Source of the DNA: a bacterium
GTDB taxonomy: Bacteria > Patescibacteriota > Minisyncoccia > Phycocordibacterales > UBA5272
NCBI GenBank assembly: GCA_023267595.1
Contig: JAHFNB010000004.1
Span: 182 to 64,181, forward strand
DNA length: 64,000 nt
Reading direction: 5' to 3'
Positions 18,228 through 27,653 of this stretch are shown in pieces; within the stretch, counting starts at the first letter, position 1; every line of letters starts with the position of its first letter. The notes under the pieces are model-generated. The model was not told the origin of the DNA and ran no database searches. It worked only from the letters and a program-made list of their open reading frames with translations. A program made the translations under genes and the position numbers.

Positions 18228-18545
18228 ATGAAGAAATACTCTGGTTTGAAACATTACATTAGTGTTTTACGTAGACAACCACGTCATATGCAACATATGT
18301 ACGGGTTTCTTTTTGCAGGAAGTATCACTGCACTGATTGCAGGATTTATTCTTTATACCGATTATGGATTTTGGCATGAAAGATACACAAGACAAGATGA
18401 AACTCTTGTGATCAGAGATGAGGGAGAACCAGAACCACCAAGTAAAATGCTCTCACGCTTTATAGAACAAGCCAGAACTCAATTTGGCACTATTGGTAAA
18501 ACAGGGTCATCAATTTTGGAAGGAAAAGAGACATACACAAGATGA
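18228..18545 (+). CDS. small membrane protein, hypothetical (105 aa, one TM helix)
   Basis: ORF with a single hydrophobic helix (FLFAGSITALIAGFILY). Confidence 0.4.
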   Translation: MKKYSGLKHYISVLRRQPRHMQHMYGFLFAGSITALIAGFILYTDYGFWHERYTRQDETLVIRDEGEPEPPSKMLSRFIEQARTQFGTIGKTGSSILEGKETYTR

Positions 18546-18687
18546 GGTTGATGTTGGAGGCTAGAAGTTGGGGGTTTGGAATCTGAAGCACGGTGATACA
18601 GATATATTTCTCTATCTTCTAACTTCAAACATCTAGCATTTGGCTTCATTTCGTGCTATAATAAGAGGATAATTATTTCGTATTTCT

Positions 18688-21162
18688 ATGGCAAAAAAGA
18701 CCATTCCTGAAGAAGAATCCGCAGCGCCAAAACCTATTCATACTGGACTTCGCAATGTACATATTGCAGAAGAAATGCGTACTGCATATCTTGATTATGC
18801 GATGAGTGTTATTACATCCCGCGCATTACCGGACGCACGTGATGGCCTTAAACCTGTGCATCGTCGTATCTTGTATGCGATGAATAGTATGGGACTCACT
18901 CCTGGGGCAAAGTTTCGCAAGTCTGCAACCATTGTTGGAGAAGTGCTCGGTAACTATCATCCACACGGAGATGCATCAGTGTATGATGCTATGGTAAAAA
19001 GTGCACAAGATTTCTCATATCGTTATCCGCTCGTACTTGGACAAGGAAACTTTGGTTCTATTGATGGTGATGGAGCAGCCGCGTATCGTTATACAGAAGC
19101 AAAGATGTCAAAGATCTCGATGGAACTCATGCGAGATATTGAAAAAGAAACAGTACGTATGGTACCAAACTATGATGGTACCAAAAAAGAACCCCACGTT
19201 TTACCAACTGCAGTACCAAATCTTCTTTTGAATGGAACACTTGGTATTGCGGTCGGAATGGCGACAAATATTCCCCCACATAATCTCCGTGAAGTGATAG
19301 ATGCAACAACGCATCTCATCGATAATCCTCATGCAACAACAGAAGAACTCTGTGAATATGTACAAGGTCCTGATTTTCCATTAGGTGGTGTTGCGTTTGG
19401 TCAGTCAGATATACGTGCAGCATATGCAACAGGGCGTGGTGGCGTAGTTGTGCGTGGTGAAGCAGAAATTACGGAAACAAAAAATGGAATGTTCCAGATT
19501 ATTATTACATCACTTCCATTTCGTGTTGTTAAAAGTAATTTAATCGAAAATATTGCAGACCTCGTACGTGAAAAGAAAATCGACGGTATTAAAGGGCTTC
19601 GTGATGAGTCTACAAAAGATATTCGTGTAGTGATTGATTTAAAGAGTGGTGCACAACCACAAAAGGTGCTCAACTATTTATATAAACATACTGAACTTGA
19701 AAGTACATTTCATTACAACTTAGTGGCACTCGTTGATGGAATACCACAGACACTTGCACTTAAAGGCGCACTCGAGGCATTCGTTGGGCATAGAAAAGAA
19801 GTAGTTAGACTTCGTACAGAATATGACTTGAAACGTGCGCTAGATAAAGAGCATATCTTACTTGGTCTTAAGAAAGCACTTGATCATATTGATGAAATTA
19901 TTCAGACGATTAAAAAATCTGCAAGTACAGTAGATGCGCATGCTGCCCTTGTGAAAAAGTTTTCGTTTTCAGATATTCAAGCAACGGCTATTTTGGAAAT
20001 GAAGTTGCAACGTCTCGCAGGACTAGAACGAAAGAAAATAGAAGATGAATTAAAAGCAGTTCAAGCACTTATAGCAGAATTAAAAACTATCCTCGCATCA
20101 GAAAAGAAAATGCTTTCTATTATCAAAGCAGAATTGGTTGATATCAAAGAAAAATACGGTGATGATCGTCGTACAAAGATCGTAAAACATAAAGCAAAAG
20201 AGTTTAATCCAGAAGATTTGATTGCAGATCGTGAAGAGGTACTTGTCTACACGTCAGGTGGTTATGTGAAGCGTACTGACCCTGCAGAATTTCGTACACA
20301 AAAGCGTGGTGGCGTAGGAGTGGTTGATTTAAATACCAAAGAAGAAGATTTCGTAACGATGTCACTCTCTACATCGACACACAGTGATTTACTCTTCTTT
20401 ACCGATAAAGGAAAAGCATATCAGATAAAAATGTATGACATGCCAGAAGGAAAACGTGCGACACGTGGCAAGAGCATTATGAATTTCCTTCAACTAACTG
20501 ATGGAGAGAAAGTCACATCTATCTTACCGATGCCAAAGGATGTAAAAGAAATGAAAGGAATATCACTGATGATGATTACCAAAAATGGTACGGTAAAGAA
20601 ATCTGCTGCAGATTCATTTAAAGAAGTACGTCGTAGTGGACTCATCTCTATTCGTCTTGAAGACAAAGATGAATTACTCGCAGCACTTTTTGTAACAGGA
20701 GGGGATAATGTGATCCTGACAACGCACAATGGTCAATCTATTCGTTTTGATCATAAAGATGTACGAGAAATGGGACGCACCGCAGCCGGAGTGATTGGTA
20801 TGAAATTAGACAAAGGAGATGCGATAGTTGCAGCAGATAAAATCCCAGAAGGTACAAAGGGCGCAGAATTACTCGTTGTTACTGCAAATGGGTATGGAAA
20901 GAAAACGAAATTATCTGAATACAAAACACAACACCGTGGTGGTAGTGGTATTAAAACGGTAAAAGTTACTGATAAAACTGGAAAGTTAATTGTCGCACGT
21001 GTGGTAACTGCTGAAAATGAAGAGTTACTTGCTGTTTCAAAAGAATCACAAGTGATTAGAACAGAATTATCTTCGATTCCAACTTTAGGTCGTGATACAC
21101 AGGGGGTGCGTGTTATGAAATTGCGAGAAAAAGATTCTGTCGCAAGTTTCAACTTGTTATAA
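18688..21162 (+). CDS. gyrA: DNA gyrase subunit A
   Basis: [23 protein letters not shown] with active-site Tyr, QRDR-equivalent [13 protein letters not shown], and a C-terminal beta-pinwheel repeat region. No adjacent gyrB. Confidence 0.95.
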   Translation: MAKKTIPEEESAAPKPIHTGLRNVHIAEEMRTAYLDYAMSVITSRALPDARDGLKPVHRRILYAMNSMGLTPGAKFRKSATIVGEVLGNYHPHGDASVYDAMVKSAQDFSYRYPLVLGQGNFGSIDGDGAAAYRYTEAKMSKISMELMRDIEKETVRMVPNYDGTKKEPHVLPTAVPNLLLNGTLGIAVGMATNIPPHNLREVIDATTHLIDNPHATTEELCEYVQGPDFPLGGVAFGQSDIRAAYATGRGGVVVRGEAEITETKNGMFQIIITSLPFRVVKSNLIENIADLVREKKIDGIKGLRDESTKDIRVVIDLKSGAQPQKVLNYLYKHTELESTFHYNLVALVDGIPQTLALKGALEAFVGHRKEVVRLRTEYDLKRALDKEHILLGLKKALDHIDEIIQTIKKSASTVDAHAALVKKFSFSDIQATAILEMKLQRLAGLERKKIEDELKAVQALIAELKTILASEKKMLSIIKAELVDIKEKYGDDRRTKIVKHKAKEFNPEDLIADREEVLVYTSGGYVKRTDPAEFRTQKRGGVGVVDLNTKEEDFVTMSLSTSTHSDLLFFTDKGKAYQIKMYDMPEGKRATRGKSIMNFLQLTDGEKVTSILPMPKDVKEMKGISLMMITKNGTVKKSAADSFKEVRRSGLISIRLEDKDELLAALFVTGGDNVILTTHNGQSIRFDHKDVREMGRTAAGVIGMKLDKGDAIVAADKIPEGTKGAELLVVTANGYGKKTKLSEYKTQHRGGSGIKTVKVTDKTGKLIVARVVTAENEELLAVSKESQVIRTELSSIPTLGRDTQGVRVMKLREKDSVASFNLL

Positions 21163-21222
21163 AACATTAAAGAAATTGTATATCCACTGTAGTCTGTTAA
21201 CTCTAGACTGTATACTATCTAC

Positions 21223-21744
21223 ATGTTTCTTACTCCCGAACACTTGGTCAAAGAATTATATTTAAAAGCAGGTGATAGAGCAGCCGACATTGGTTGCGGT
21301 ACTGGTGTGTATACAATTGCTCTTGCACAAGAAGTAGGAGATGTAGGACAAGTATATGCAGTGGATGTACACAGAGATATATTACACACGCTTGCAGGTA
21401 CACTTGAAAAGCGTTCTATCATGAATGTAGAAATAGTTTGGGCAGATATCGAAAAAGGAATACCGATAGACGCATATTCACTAGATGCAGTCGTTATTTC
21501 GAACGTACTCTTTCAACTTGAGGATATTGATGCCATGTTGTCCTATGTAGCAAAACTCTTGAAACCAGAAGGACAACTACTGGTTGTAGAGTGGAGTGCA
21601 TCACACTCGGGTATTGGTCCACATACAGATCATGTAGTAGAGGAATCTCGTGCAGAATCTCTCGTCCAAAAACACGGGTTTAGAATTATAAAACATCTTC
21701 CCGCAGGGAATTATCATTACGCATTTATTGCTTTATCGATGTAG
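21223..21744 (+). CDS. class I SAM-dependent methyltransferase
   Basis: Motif I DIGCGTGVYT and post-II LKPEGQLLVVEW. Confidence 0.75.
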   Translation: MFLTPEHLVKELYLKAGDRAADIGCGTGVYTIALAQEVGDVGQVYAVDVHRDILHTLAGTLEKRSIMNVEIVWADIEKGIPIDAYSLDAVVISNVLFQLEDIDAMLSYVAKLLKPEGQLLVVEWSASHSGIGPHTDHVVEESRAESLVQKHGFRIIKHLPAGNYHYAFIALSM

Positions 21745-21760
21745 GAATTAGAAAATACAA

Positions 21761-21790
21761 AGAGCAACCACGAAGTGGTTGCTCTTTGTA
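21761..21790 (+). terminator. intrinsic terminator agagcaaccac-gaa-gtggttgctct followed by T-rich sequence, then a short ctaccac x3 microrepeat
   Basis: 11-bp perfect stem. Confidence 0.6.
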
Positions 21791-21832
21791 TCCACTACCA
21801 CCTACCACCTACCACCTGTATACTAGTCTTAT

Positions 21833-23134
21833 ATGTTACGTAATATTCTTCTTGGTGTTGGAGTTTTTGCTGCACTCTTTTCTGTTTTAATTTTCTCTGG
21901 AAAACTTCCTATTGGAAATAACAGTGCAAATACGCCAAAAGGTGAAGTAGTTTTGTGGGGAACATTTCCAGAAACTGCGATAAATCCAATCATTCAAGCC
22001 TTTAATCCACAAGCAAAGACGTATCGTGTTACGTATAAAGAAGTCCGTGCAGATGTTTTCTCTCAGACACTTGTTGAGGCACTCGCAAATGGGACAGGGC
22101 CAGATATGATTCTTGCTCCTCATCAAATCATCCTTTCCCAAGCATCACGACTATATCCATTTCCACTTACATCATTTTCAGAAAAGAATTTCAAAGATAC
22201 ATACGTTGATGGAGCAACACTTTTTTTTAGTCCATATGGCGCAATTGCACTTCCTGTTTCTATAGAACCAATGGTGCTGTTCTACAATCGAACACTTTTT
22301 TCAAAGCATGGTATTGCTTCACCACCTGCGTACTGGGATGAAGTACTTAAGTTTACGCCATCACTTACGGTGAAAAATAGTAAAGGGCAATTTCTAGAAG
22401 CAGCAATTGCACTCGGCGCGGGAAATGTTCCATACGCAAAAGATATTTTGATGGCAGGAGTTTCAGAACTTGGTCAAATAGCAGTACTCACACAATATAA
22501 TCAAGAAGGGACACTCGTTCCATCTGTTTATGCAAATACGGCAACAACAGAAGGAGGAGATGTGTTGCCACTTTCTACATTTGTGCGTTTTGTGACACAA
22601 TTTGCCGATCCTACAAAATCAACATATACATGGTCAGAGTTTAATGGATTAGCAGATGACCAGTTCGTTTCTGAAAAACTCGCAATGTATATCGGGTATT
22701 CTGGAGAGTTAAATATTTTACGTGCTCGTAATCCGAAAGGGGATTTTGAAATGACATATTTCCCTCAAACACGTGGGTACAATACATTTGCAACAGGTGC
22801 ACGTATGTACGGTATAGCAACATTAAAATCTAGCAAGAATCTCACTGCTGCGCTCACTGTAGAATCACAGTTTGCAGGAAGTGGTGTCTCTCCATCACTT
22901 TCACAAATAGTAGGAGGTGTACCTGCATTACGTGCATACGCAACAACACCAGGATTATCAGATGTGATTGCACGCAGTATGCTGATTGCTCGTGCGTGGT
23001 ATGATAGTTTCCCTATACAATCTACAAATCTCACAACAACGATGCTTTCTGATATTTTACATAATCGTTATGATGTGACTGATGCAGTTGCTATCTTTGT
23101 CTCACGTCTTCAAGACCTGTATACTCCACAGTAG
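21833..23134 (+). CDS. secreted/anchored extracellular solute-binding-like protein (ABC substrate-binding family 1 fold), not adjacent to any permease
   Basis: Signal/TM segment at the N-terminus, then EVVLWGTF...PDMILAPH, typical of the periplasmic SBP N-lobe. Confidence 0.5.
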   Translation: MLRNILLGVGVFAALFSVLIFSGKLPIGNNSANTPKGEVVLWGTFPETAINPIIQAFNPQAKTYRVTYKEVRADVFSQTLVEALANGTGPDMILAPHQIILSQASRLYPFPLTSFSEKNFKDTYVDGATLFFSPYGAIALPVSIEPMVLFYNRTLFSKHGIASPPAYWDEVLKFTPSLTVKNSKGQFLEAAIALGAGNVPYAKDILMAGVSELGQIAVLTQYNQEGTLVPSVYANTATTEGGDVLPLSTFVRFVTQFADPTKSTYTWSEFNGLADDQFVSEKLAMYIGYSGELNILRARNPKGDFEMTYFPQTRGYNTFATGARMYGIATLKSSKNLTAALTVESQFAGSGVSPSLSQIVGGVPALRAYATTPGLSDVIARSMLIARAWYDSFPIQSTNLTTTMLSDILHNRYDVTDAVAIFVSRLQDLYTPQ

Positions 23135-23135
23135 T

Positions 23136-23849
23136 ATGAAAAAACAATTTTTACTTATAGCACTTTTTGCATCACTTATTGCGTTTTCGTTTACCACCCC
23201 TCTATTTGCACAAACATCAGTTCCAGTCTCTGGAGATTATGTATGTGGCGGCTCTACTCCATGCCCACTTACTGATCTTAAAAAAGTTATTTCTGGTTTC
23301 AATACACAGTATTTAATTCCAGGAGCCCTTACCTTTACACTCATTTCTGTTTTTTTTATTGTATTACTTTCACTTAAAGCAAAAGCACAAGGAGATGCTA
23401 ATGCAATTAAAACTGCTCGCTCTCAAGCAGGAAATGTACTTATCGGACTTCTAGTGATTACCCTCTTTGTTGGAGGTTTCTTTACTGTTCTTATGAAATA
23501 TCTTGGTTTACAAACGTGGGTAACTCAGTTTTTTAATATATCGACGATACTTCTTAATGCGCCTCATGCCTACGCAGCAACATATCTCCCTAATCCGTAT
23601 GGTGTGAGCAATGTCTACGATCTTTTACTCCTTGTTCTTACTCTTTTTGTAAAATGGGCAGTATATCCAGGGCTTATCGTCGTATGGGTATGGTCAGGAT
23701 TTTCTTATGTCCTTGCACAAGGGAATCCAGAAAAGATCAGTAATGCTCATAGTTGGCTCTTGTGGGCAGTTGGCTCTACGATTATTGTACTTGTAGCACA
23801 AGGGTTCTTCTTCGCACTTCAAGGGACTATTTCAACTATACTCTCTTAA
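23136..23849 (+). CDS. pilin-like membrane protein with two copies of a two-helix module (T4SS-pilin/TrbC-VirB2-like); paralog 1 of 4
   Basis: Signal peptide (ALFASLIAFSFTTPLFAQT), then two helix-loop-helix units; the second carries GNPEKISNAHSWLLWAVG, matching the NPEKK...LLWG loop of the downstream paralogs. Confidence 0.6.
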   Translation: MKKQFLLIALFASLIAFSFTTPLFAQTSVPVSGDYVCGGSTPCPLTDLKKVISGFNTQYLIPGALTFTLISVFFIVLLSLKAKAQGDANAIKTARSQAGNVLIGLLVITLFVGGFFTVLMKYLGLQTWVTQFFNISTILLNAPHAYAATYLPNPYGVSNVYDLLLLVLTLFVKWAVYPGLIVVWVWSGFSYVLAQGNPEKISNAHSWLLWAVGSTIIVLVAQGFFFALQGTISTILS

Positions 23850-23902
23850 TAACTACATGGTAGACGGACAAAATATAGGGTACACTAATAATCATTAATC
23901 CT

Positions 23903-24805
23903 ATGAAACATATTTTTAACGTACGATTTCTTATTATCACTTCGTTAGTAGCCATTCCCTTAGTTGTAAGTGCTCAAGGTGTTACAGATCTCAATAATGG
24001 TATCAGTGCATTAGGAGGAGTTTTCAATACTATTACAACAACAGTATTGAAATCTCTCGCAGGACTCTTTGCAACCGCAGCAATGGCAATATTCTTCTTT
24101 GGTATTGCACAGTATATCTTTGGAGCGCGCGCCGGAGATGCAAAAAAGATAGAAGATGGAAACAGATTTATGCGTTGGGGACTAGTTGCACTCTTTGTTA
24201 TGTTCTCTGTATGGGGAATAATAACGTACGTACAGAATATATTTGGTATCAAGGGACAAAATACTATTATTATTCCAACTATTGATTTTATGAGAGGATC
24301 TGGAAATAATTCTCCATCATCTAATTCTGCAAATATTGGATTACCTAGTGCCGTAAGTAGAGTAGTCGGAGATGATTGTTATAGTAAATCTGTAGGGCAA
24401 GCATGTACTGGATCTGGCTACACAGGAACATGTGGAGTTTCTGATGCGGGAGTATTTGCTTGTTATGCAAATACAGGTAGTACTTTTAGTGGATCTTCAA
24501 TTTTCAATTCATTATTTGGTAATAGTAATCCATCTGTATCTCAACAAAATACTGCTACAAATGCTTATCAAGATTGTATGGCAAAAGGAGGGACTGGTGC
24601 ACAGTGTCAATCAGTTTATGAGAATAGTATCAATACAAAAACTTCAAGTTCTGGAACTGGAGGTATTTCTAATAGTTGTCCTAGTGGAACTGCTTATGAT
24701 CCTGGCACTGGTGGATGTGAACCTACCACTAGTTCTAACTCTAATAGTTGTACTGCCTCTGGTGGAGTTCTTGCAGGAGATGGTACATGCCAAGCAGCCC
24801 CATAA
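23903..24805 (+). CDS. pilin-like protein (paralog 2) with a long Cys-rich, Gly/Ser/Thr-rich C-terminal tail
   Basis: Signal peptide, then the helix-loop-helix core AGDAKKIEDGNRFMRWGLVALFVMFSVWGI, then about 170 aa of low-complexity sequence with 10 Cys. Confidence 0.6.
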   Translation: MKHIFNVRFLIITSLVAIPLVVSAQGVTDLNNGISALGGVFNTITTTVLKSLAGLFATAAMAIFFFGIAQYIFGARAGDAKKIEDGNRFMRWGLVALFVMFSVWGIITYVQNIFGIKGQNTIIIPTIDFMRGSGNNSPSSNSANIGLPSAVSRVVGDDCYSKSVGQACTGSGYTGTCGVSDAGVFACYANTGSTFSGSSIFNSLFGNSNPSVSQQNTATNAYQDCMAKGGTGAQCQSVYENSINTKTSSSGTGGISNSCPSGTAYDPGTGGCEPTTSSNSNSCTASGGVLAGDGTCQAAP

Positions 24806-24874
24806 TCACTGTTCACACTCTTCCTTGCAAAGAACCTTAAGGGAGATATACTAATACAATACAACTATAACATT

Positions 24875-25333
24875 ATGAAAAAAGCCTTAATCTCATTATC
24901 AATTGTGCTTGGAGGAATCATGCTCGTATCTGCTCAAGTTATTCAAGTAGGGGGAACTGTTGGTGGAACACCGGTATTAGTTGGTAGTCAAAATGGAGGA
25001 ACATTACTTATTGGTCAAAGTGCAGTACAAGGTCAAGTAAATGGTGGAGCACTCATTGCACTTATTCGTCTTGCAAATGATATCGTGGCACGTCTTGGTA
25101 TTTTTGCAGTAGGACTAGCAATTCTTTCATTCTTTTGGTTCCTTATTGAGTTTATTTGGAAAGGAAGAGCAGATCCAGAAGCAAAGAACACTTCTCTCAA
25201 AGGTATGGGATATGCAATACTCGCAATATTTGTGATGGTATCTATTTGGGGGATAGTAGGGTTACTTGGTTCAATTACAGGTGTAGGACAAGGTGGTTCA
25301 GTTCCAATTCCTTCGATTCCAGTTGCAAATTAA
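24875..25333 (+). CDS. pilin-like protein (paralog 3; candidate major subunit)
   Basis: Signal peptide, core FFWFLIEFIWKGRADPEAKNTSLKGMGYAILAIFVMVSIWGIVG. Followed by a strong terminator. Confidence 0.6.
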   Translation: MKKALISLSIVLGGIMLVSAQVIQVGGTVGGTPVLVGSQNGGTLLIGQSAVQGQVNGGALIALIRLANDIVARLGIFAVGLAILSFFWFLIEFIWKGRADPEAKNTSLKGMGYAILAIFVMVSIWGIVGLLGSITGVGQGGSVPIPSIPVAN

Positions 25334-25353
25334 TTTCTAGAGTTATAGAAAAC

Positions 25354-25384
25354 AAAACCTGCACATGTGCAGGTTTTGTTTTGG
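25354..25384 (+). terminator. strong intrinsic terminator aaaacctgcaca-tgtgcaggtttt followed by a T-run
   Basis: Perfect palindrome followed by ttttgtttt. Confidence 0.75.
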
Positions 25385-25413
25385 TATAAGAGGATGTATA
25401 CTTTGTAATATCT

Positions 25414-25680
25414 ATGAATGCAAAGATTATAAATGGCGAGGCAGTATTCCAAGGAGTTATTACTCAGATATTTAATCCACTCTATCAATTAATTACTGCA
25501 CTAGCAGTTGTTTATTTTCTTTTTGGTGTAGCAAAGTTTATCTACGATATCAACAATCCAGAGAAAAAAACAGATGGCAAGAATCATCTCTTGTGGGGAC
25601 TATTTGGATTATTTATTATTCTTTCATTAGGTGGCATACTTCCTTTTTTTATAAGTATATTTGGCGGGGCTTTTAAGTAA
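25414..25680 (+). CDS. pilin-like protein (paralog 4, 88 aa, no obvious cleavable signal)
   Basis: Core VVYFLFGVAKFIYDINNPEKKTDGKNHLLWGLFGLFIILSLGG has the same motif as paralogs 1-3. Confidence 0.55.
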   Translation: MNAKIINGEAVFQGVITQIFNPLYQLITALAVVYFLFGVAKFIYDINNPEKKTDGKNHLLWGLFGLFIILSLGGILPFFISIFGGAFK

Positions 25681-25686
25681 CATATT

Positions 25687-27003
25687 ATGAGTAATTCTAA
25701 TTCCCAGATGGAAGCAATTGTCTCATTATGTAAGCGTCGTGGATTTATATTTCCTGGGAGTGAAATATATGGAGGTCTTGCAGGGACATTTGATTATGGA
25801 CCACTTGGAGTAATGCTTAAAAAGAATATTCAAAATAGTTGGTGGAAACACTTTGTGACTAATCGTGAAGATATGTATGGGATAGATGCGGCAATTTTAA
25901 TGAATCCGCGTGCATGGGAGGCTAGTGGGCATGTGTCCGGTTTCTCTGATCCACTTGTCGAATGTAATAAATGTCATAGACGATATAGAGCAGATCATAT
26001 TGAAGAAAAAAATGGAGTAAAACATTGCCCAGAAGACAATGAGGTATTAGGAGAACCACGTCAGTTTAATATGATGTTCAAGACAAATATTGGTGCAACA
26101 GAAGACCCAACATCTATTTCATATCTTCGTCCAGAAACTGCAGGTGGGATGTTTGTTAATTTCAAAAATGTAGTGGATAGTTTCCACCCACGTCTTCCTT
26201 TTGGTCTCGCACAAATCGGGAAAGCATTTCGAAATGAAATAGCACCACGAGATTTTATTTTTCGTTTGCGAGAAATGGAACAAATGGAAATAGAATATTT
26301 CTGTAAACCAGATACATGGGAAAAAACATTTGAACATTTACGAAGTGAGTTTAACGTATGGCTTTTCTCTATTGGACTTTCAAAAGAAAAAATACATGAA
26401 GTAGAAATAGGGGATGGTGATCGCGCGCATTACAGTAAACGTACAATTGATTTTGAGTTTGATTTTCCAATTGGGCAAAAAGAACTCGCAGGTCTTGCAT
26501 ATAGAACAGATTTTGATTTAAAACAACATAGTCTATTCAGTAAAACAGATCTTTCATATTTTGACGAAGATACAAAAGAACGATTCGTACCACATTGTAT
26601 CGAGCCATCAATTGGTGTAGAGCGTGCAGTACTCGCAGTCCTCGCAAGTGCGTATAAAGAAGAACAAGTAGGGGATGAAATACGCACAGTACTTTCTTTT
26701 GTTCCATCAATTGCACCTATACAAGTTGCTATACTTCCACTTTCAAAAAAAGAGGAACTTATTAATCCTGCACGAAAGATTCTACAATCTCTTCAAAAGA
26801 TTGGGCGTGTGCAAATGGATGTTACGCAATCAATCGGTAAACGATATCGTAGACAAGATGAAATAGGTACACCGTATTGTGTGACTGTTGATTTTGAAAC
26901 ATTGGTGGATAATGAAGTAACTGTTCGTGATAGAGATACGATGAAGCAAGAACGAGTACCAATTAAGGATTTGGAGGAGTATTTTGCAAAGAAGTTAGTA
27001 TAG
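25687..27003 (+). CDS. glyQS: glycine--tRNA ligase, alpha2 (archaeal/eukaryote-like) type
   Basis: N-terminal RRGFIFPGSEIYGGLAGTFDYGPLG; class II motifs; C-terminal anticodon-binding domain. Confidence 0.9.
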   Translation: MSNSNSQMEAIVSLCKRRGFIFPGSEIYGGLAGTFDYGPLGVMLKKNIQNSWWKHFVTNREDMYGIDAAILMNPRAWEASGHVSGFSDPLVECNKCHRRYRADHIEEKNGVKHCPEDNEVLGEPRQFNMMFKTNIGATEDPTSISYLRPETAGGMFVNFKNVVDSFHPRLPFGLAQIGKAFRNEIAPRDFIFRLREMEQMEIEYFCKPDTWEKTFEHLRSEFNVWLFSIGLSKEKIHEVEIGDGDRAHYSKRTIDFEFDFPIGQKELAGLAYRTDFDLKQHSLFSKTDLSYFDEDTKERFVPHCIEPSIGVERAVLAVLASAYKEEQVGDEIRTVLSFVPSIAPIQVAILPLSKKEELINPARKILQSLQKIGRVQMDVTQSIGKRYRRQDEIGTPYCVTVDFETLVDNEVTVRDRDTMKQERVPIKDLEEYFAKKLV

Positions 27004-27013
27004 AGTGTTATCT

Positions 27014-27041
27014 TGCAAAAAGTCGTAAAATATTGTAAGAT
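27014..27041 (+). promoter_or_regulatory. promoter TTGCAA-N16-TAAGAT for rpmG
   Basis: Read directly. Confidence 0.4.
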
Positions 27042-27050
27042 AGACGGATT

Positions 27051-27212
27051 ATGGCAAAAGGACAAGATAATCTCATCCAAATAAAGAATAAGGAAACAGG
27101 CGAAGTATATTGGACTACTAAGAACAAGAAACTCGTTACTCGTAAAATTGAACTTAAGAAGTATTCAAAGAAACTTCGTAAGCATGTGATGTTTAAAGAA
27201 TCAAAAAAGTAA
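27051..27212 (+). CDS. rpmG: 50S ribosomal protein L33 (Cys-less paralog form); 53 aa and not in the ORF track
   Basis: Translation MAKGQDNLIQIKNKETGEVYWTTKNKKLVTRKIELKKYSKKLRKHVMFKESKK matches the L33 pattern (TKNK...LELKKY...KH...KE.K). Confidence 0.8.
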   Translation: MAKGQDNLIQIKNKETGEVYWTTKNKKLVTRKIELKKYSKKLRKHVMFKESKK

Positions 27213-27222
27213 TAAAATCTAC

Positions 27223-27255
27223 AAAAAATTGCTATTCAAAATAGCAATTTTTTGT
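27223..27255 (+). terminator. intrinsic terminator aattgctatt-caa-aatagcaatt plus T6
   Basis: 10-bp perfect stem followed by tttttt. Confidence 0.7.
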
Positions 27256-27348
27256 TAGTATTTACGTATCGGGGATTCTACTGTAGTGAGGAGTGTTGAA
27301 GTGCGTCCATCGCAATGACTCATCAGTAGTTCATCCCTGACCCATCTT

Positions 27349-27419
27349 GGGCCTATAGTTTAGTGGTAGAACAACGGCCTCCAAATCCGTTGGTCGAGGT
27401 TCGATTCCTCGTGGGCCCG
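27349..27419 (+). tRNA. tRNA-Trp (anticodon CCA)
   Basis: Acceptor GGGCCTA/TGGGCCC (one G-U pair), D-arm GTTT-AGTGGTA-GAAC, anticodon loop CTCCAAA, T-arm CGAGG-TTCGATT-CCTCG, discriminator G. One C-U mismatch at the base of the anticodon stem. Confidence 0.85.
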
Positions 27420-27421
27420 CA

Positions 27422-27462
27422 CAATTCAAAACACACAGATTCTTTCTGTGTGTTTTGAATTG
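27422..27462 (+). terminator. 17-bp perfect hairpin caattcaaaacacacag-attcttt-ctgtgtgttttgaattg immediately 3' of tRNA-Trp
   Basis: Perfect inverted repeat read directly. Confidence 0.6.
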
Positions 27463-27473
27463 CTTAGGTTTTA

Positions 27474-27492
27474 CACGAGGAATCGAACGAGG
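27474..27492 (-). repeat. inverted partial copy of the tRNA-Trp T-arm/3' end (ttcgattcctcgtg, 14 of 14)
   Basis: The reverse complement of 27474-27492 is cctcgttcgattcctcgtg. Confidence 0.6.
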
Positions 27493-27590
27493 AAAGGGGT
27501 CGGGAAAACGTGTTTAGTTTTCCCGTGGCGGAAGAATGGAAACCGAGGGGTTTCCAAACCGTAATGAGTGATAACGAATGGAGGTTGTTC

Positions 27591-27607
27591 ATTCCTCGTG
27601 GGCCCGC
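27591..27607 (+). repeat. direct 17-bp copy of the tRNA-Trp 3' end attcctcgtgggcccgc (att-site-like scar)
   Basis: Identical to 27404-27420, located 187 bp downstream. Confidence 0.7.
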
Positions 27608-27653
27608 TTCTTTTCCACTACTGACTGATAACTGTTCACTGTATACTACATAT

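Noticed and set aside
18688-18960. Quinolone-resistance interpretation of the gyrA QRDR (GDASVYD)
   Set aside because: The residue pattern differs from the E. coli numbering context and the lineage is distant; no inference on drug susceptibility is justified from sequence alone.
19001-19309. Short ORFs inside gyrA on both strands
   Set aside because: Embedded in a highly conserved gyrA reading frame, with no independent support.
27349-27419. Alternative genetic code (UGA recoding) suggested by the reduced-genome gene content
   Set aside because: The tRNA-Trp anticodon is CCA rather than UCA. TGA terminates well-conserved genes, for example the epimerase at 1359-1361, and long genes (dnaE, nrdA, gyrA) are uninterrupted. 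The standard code applies.
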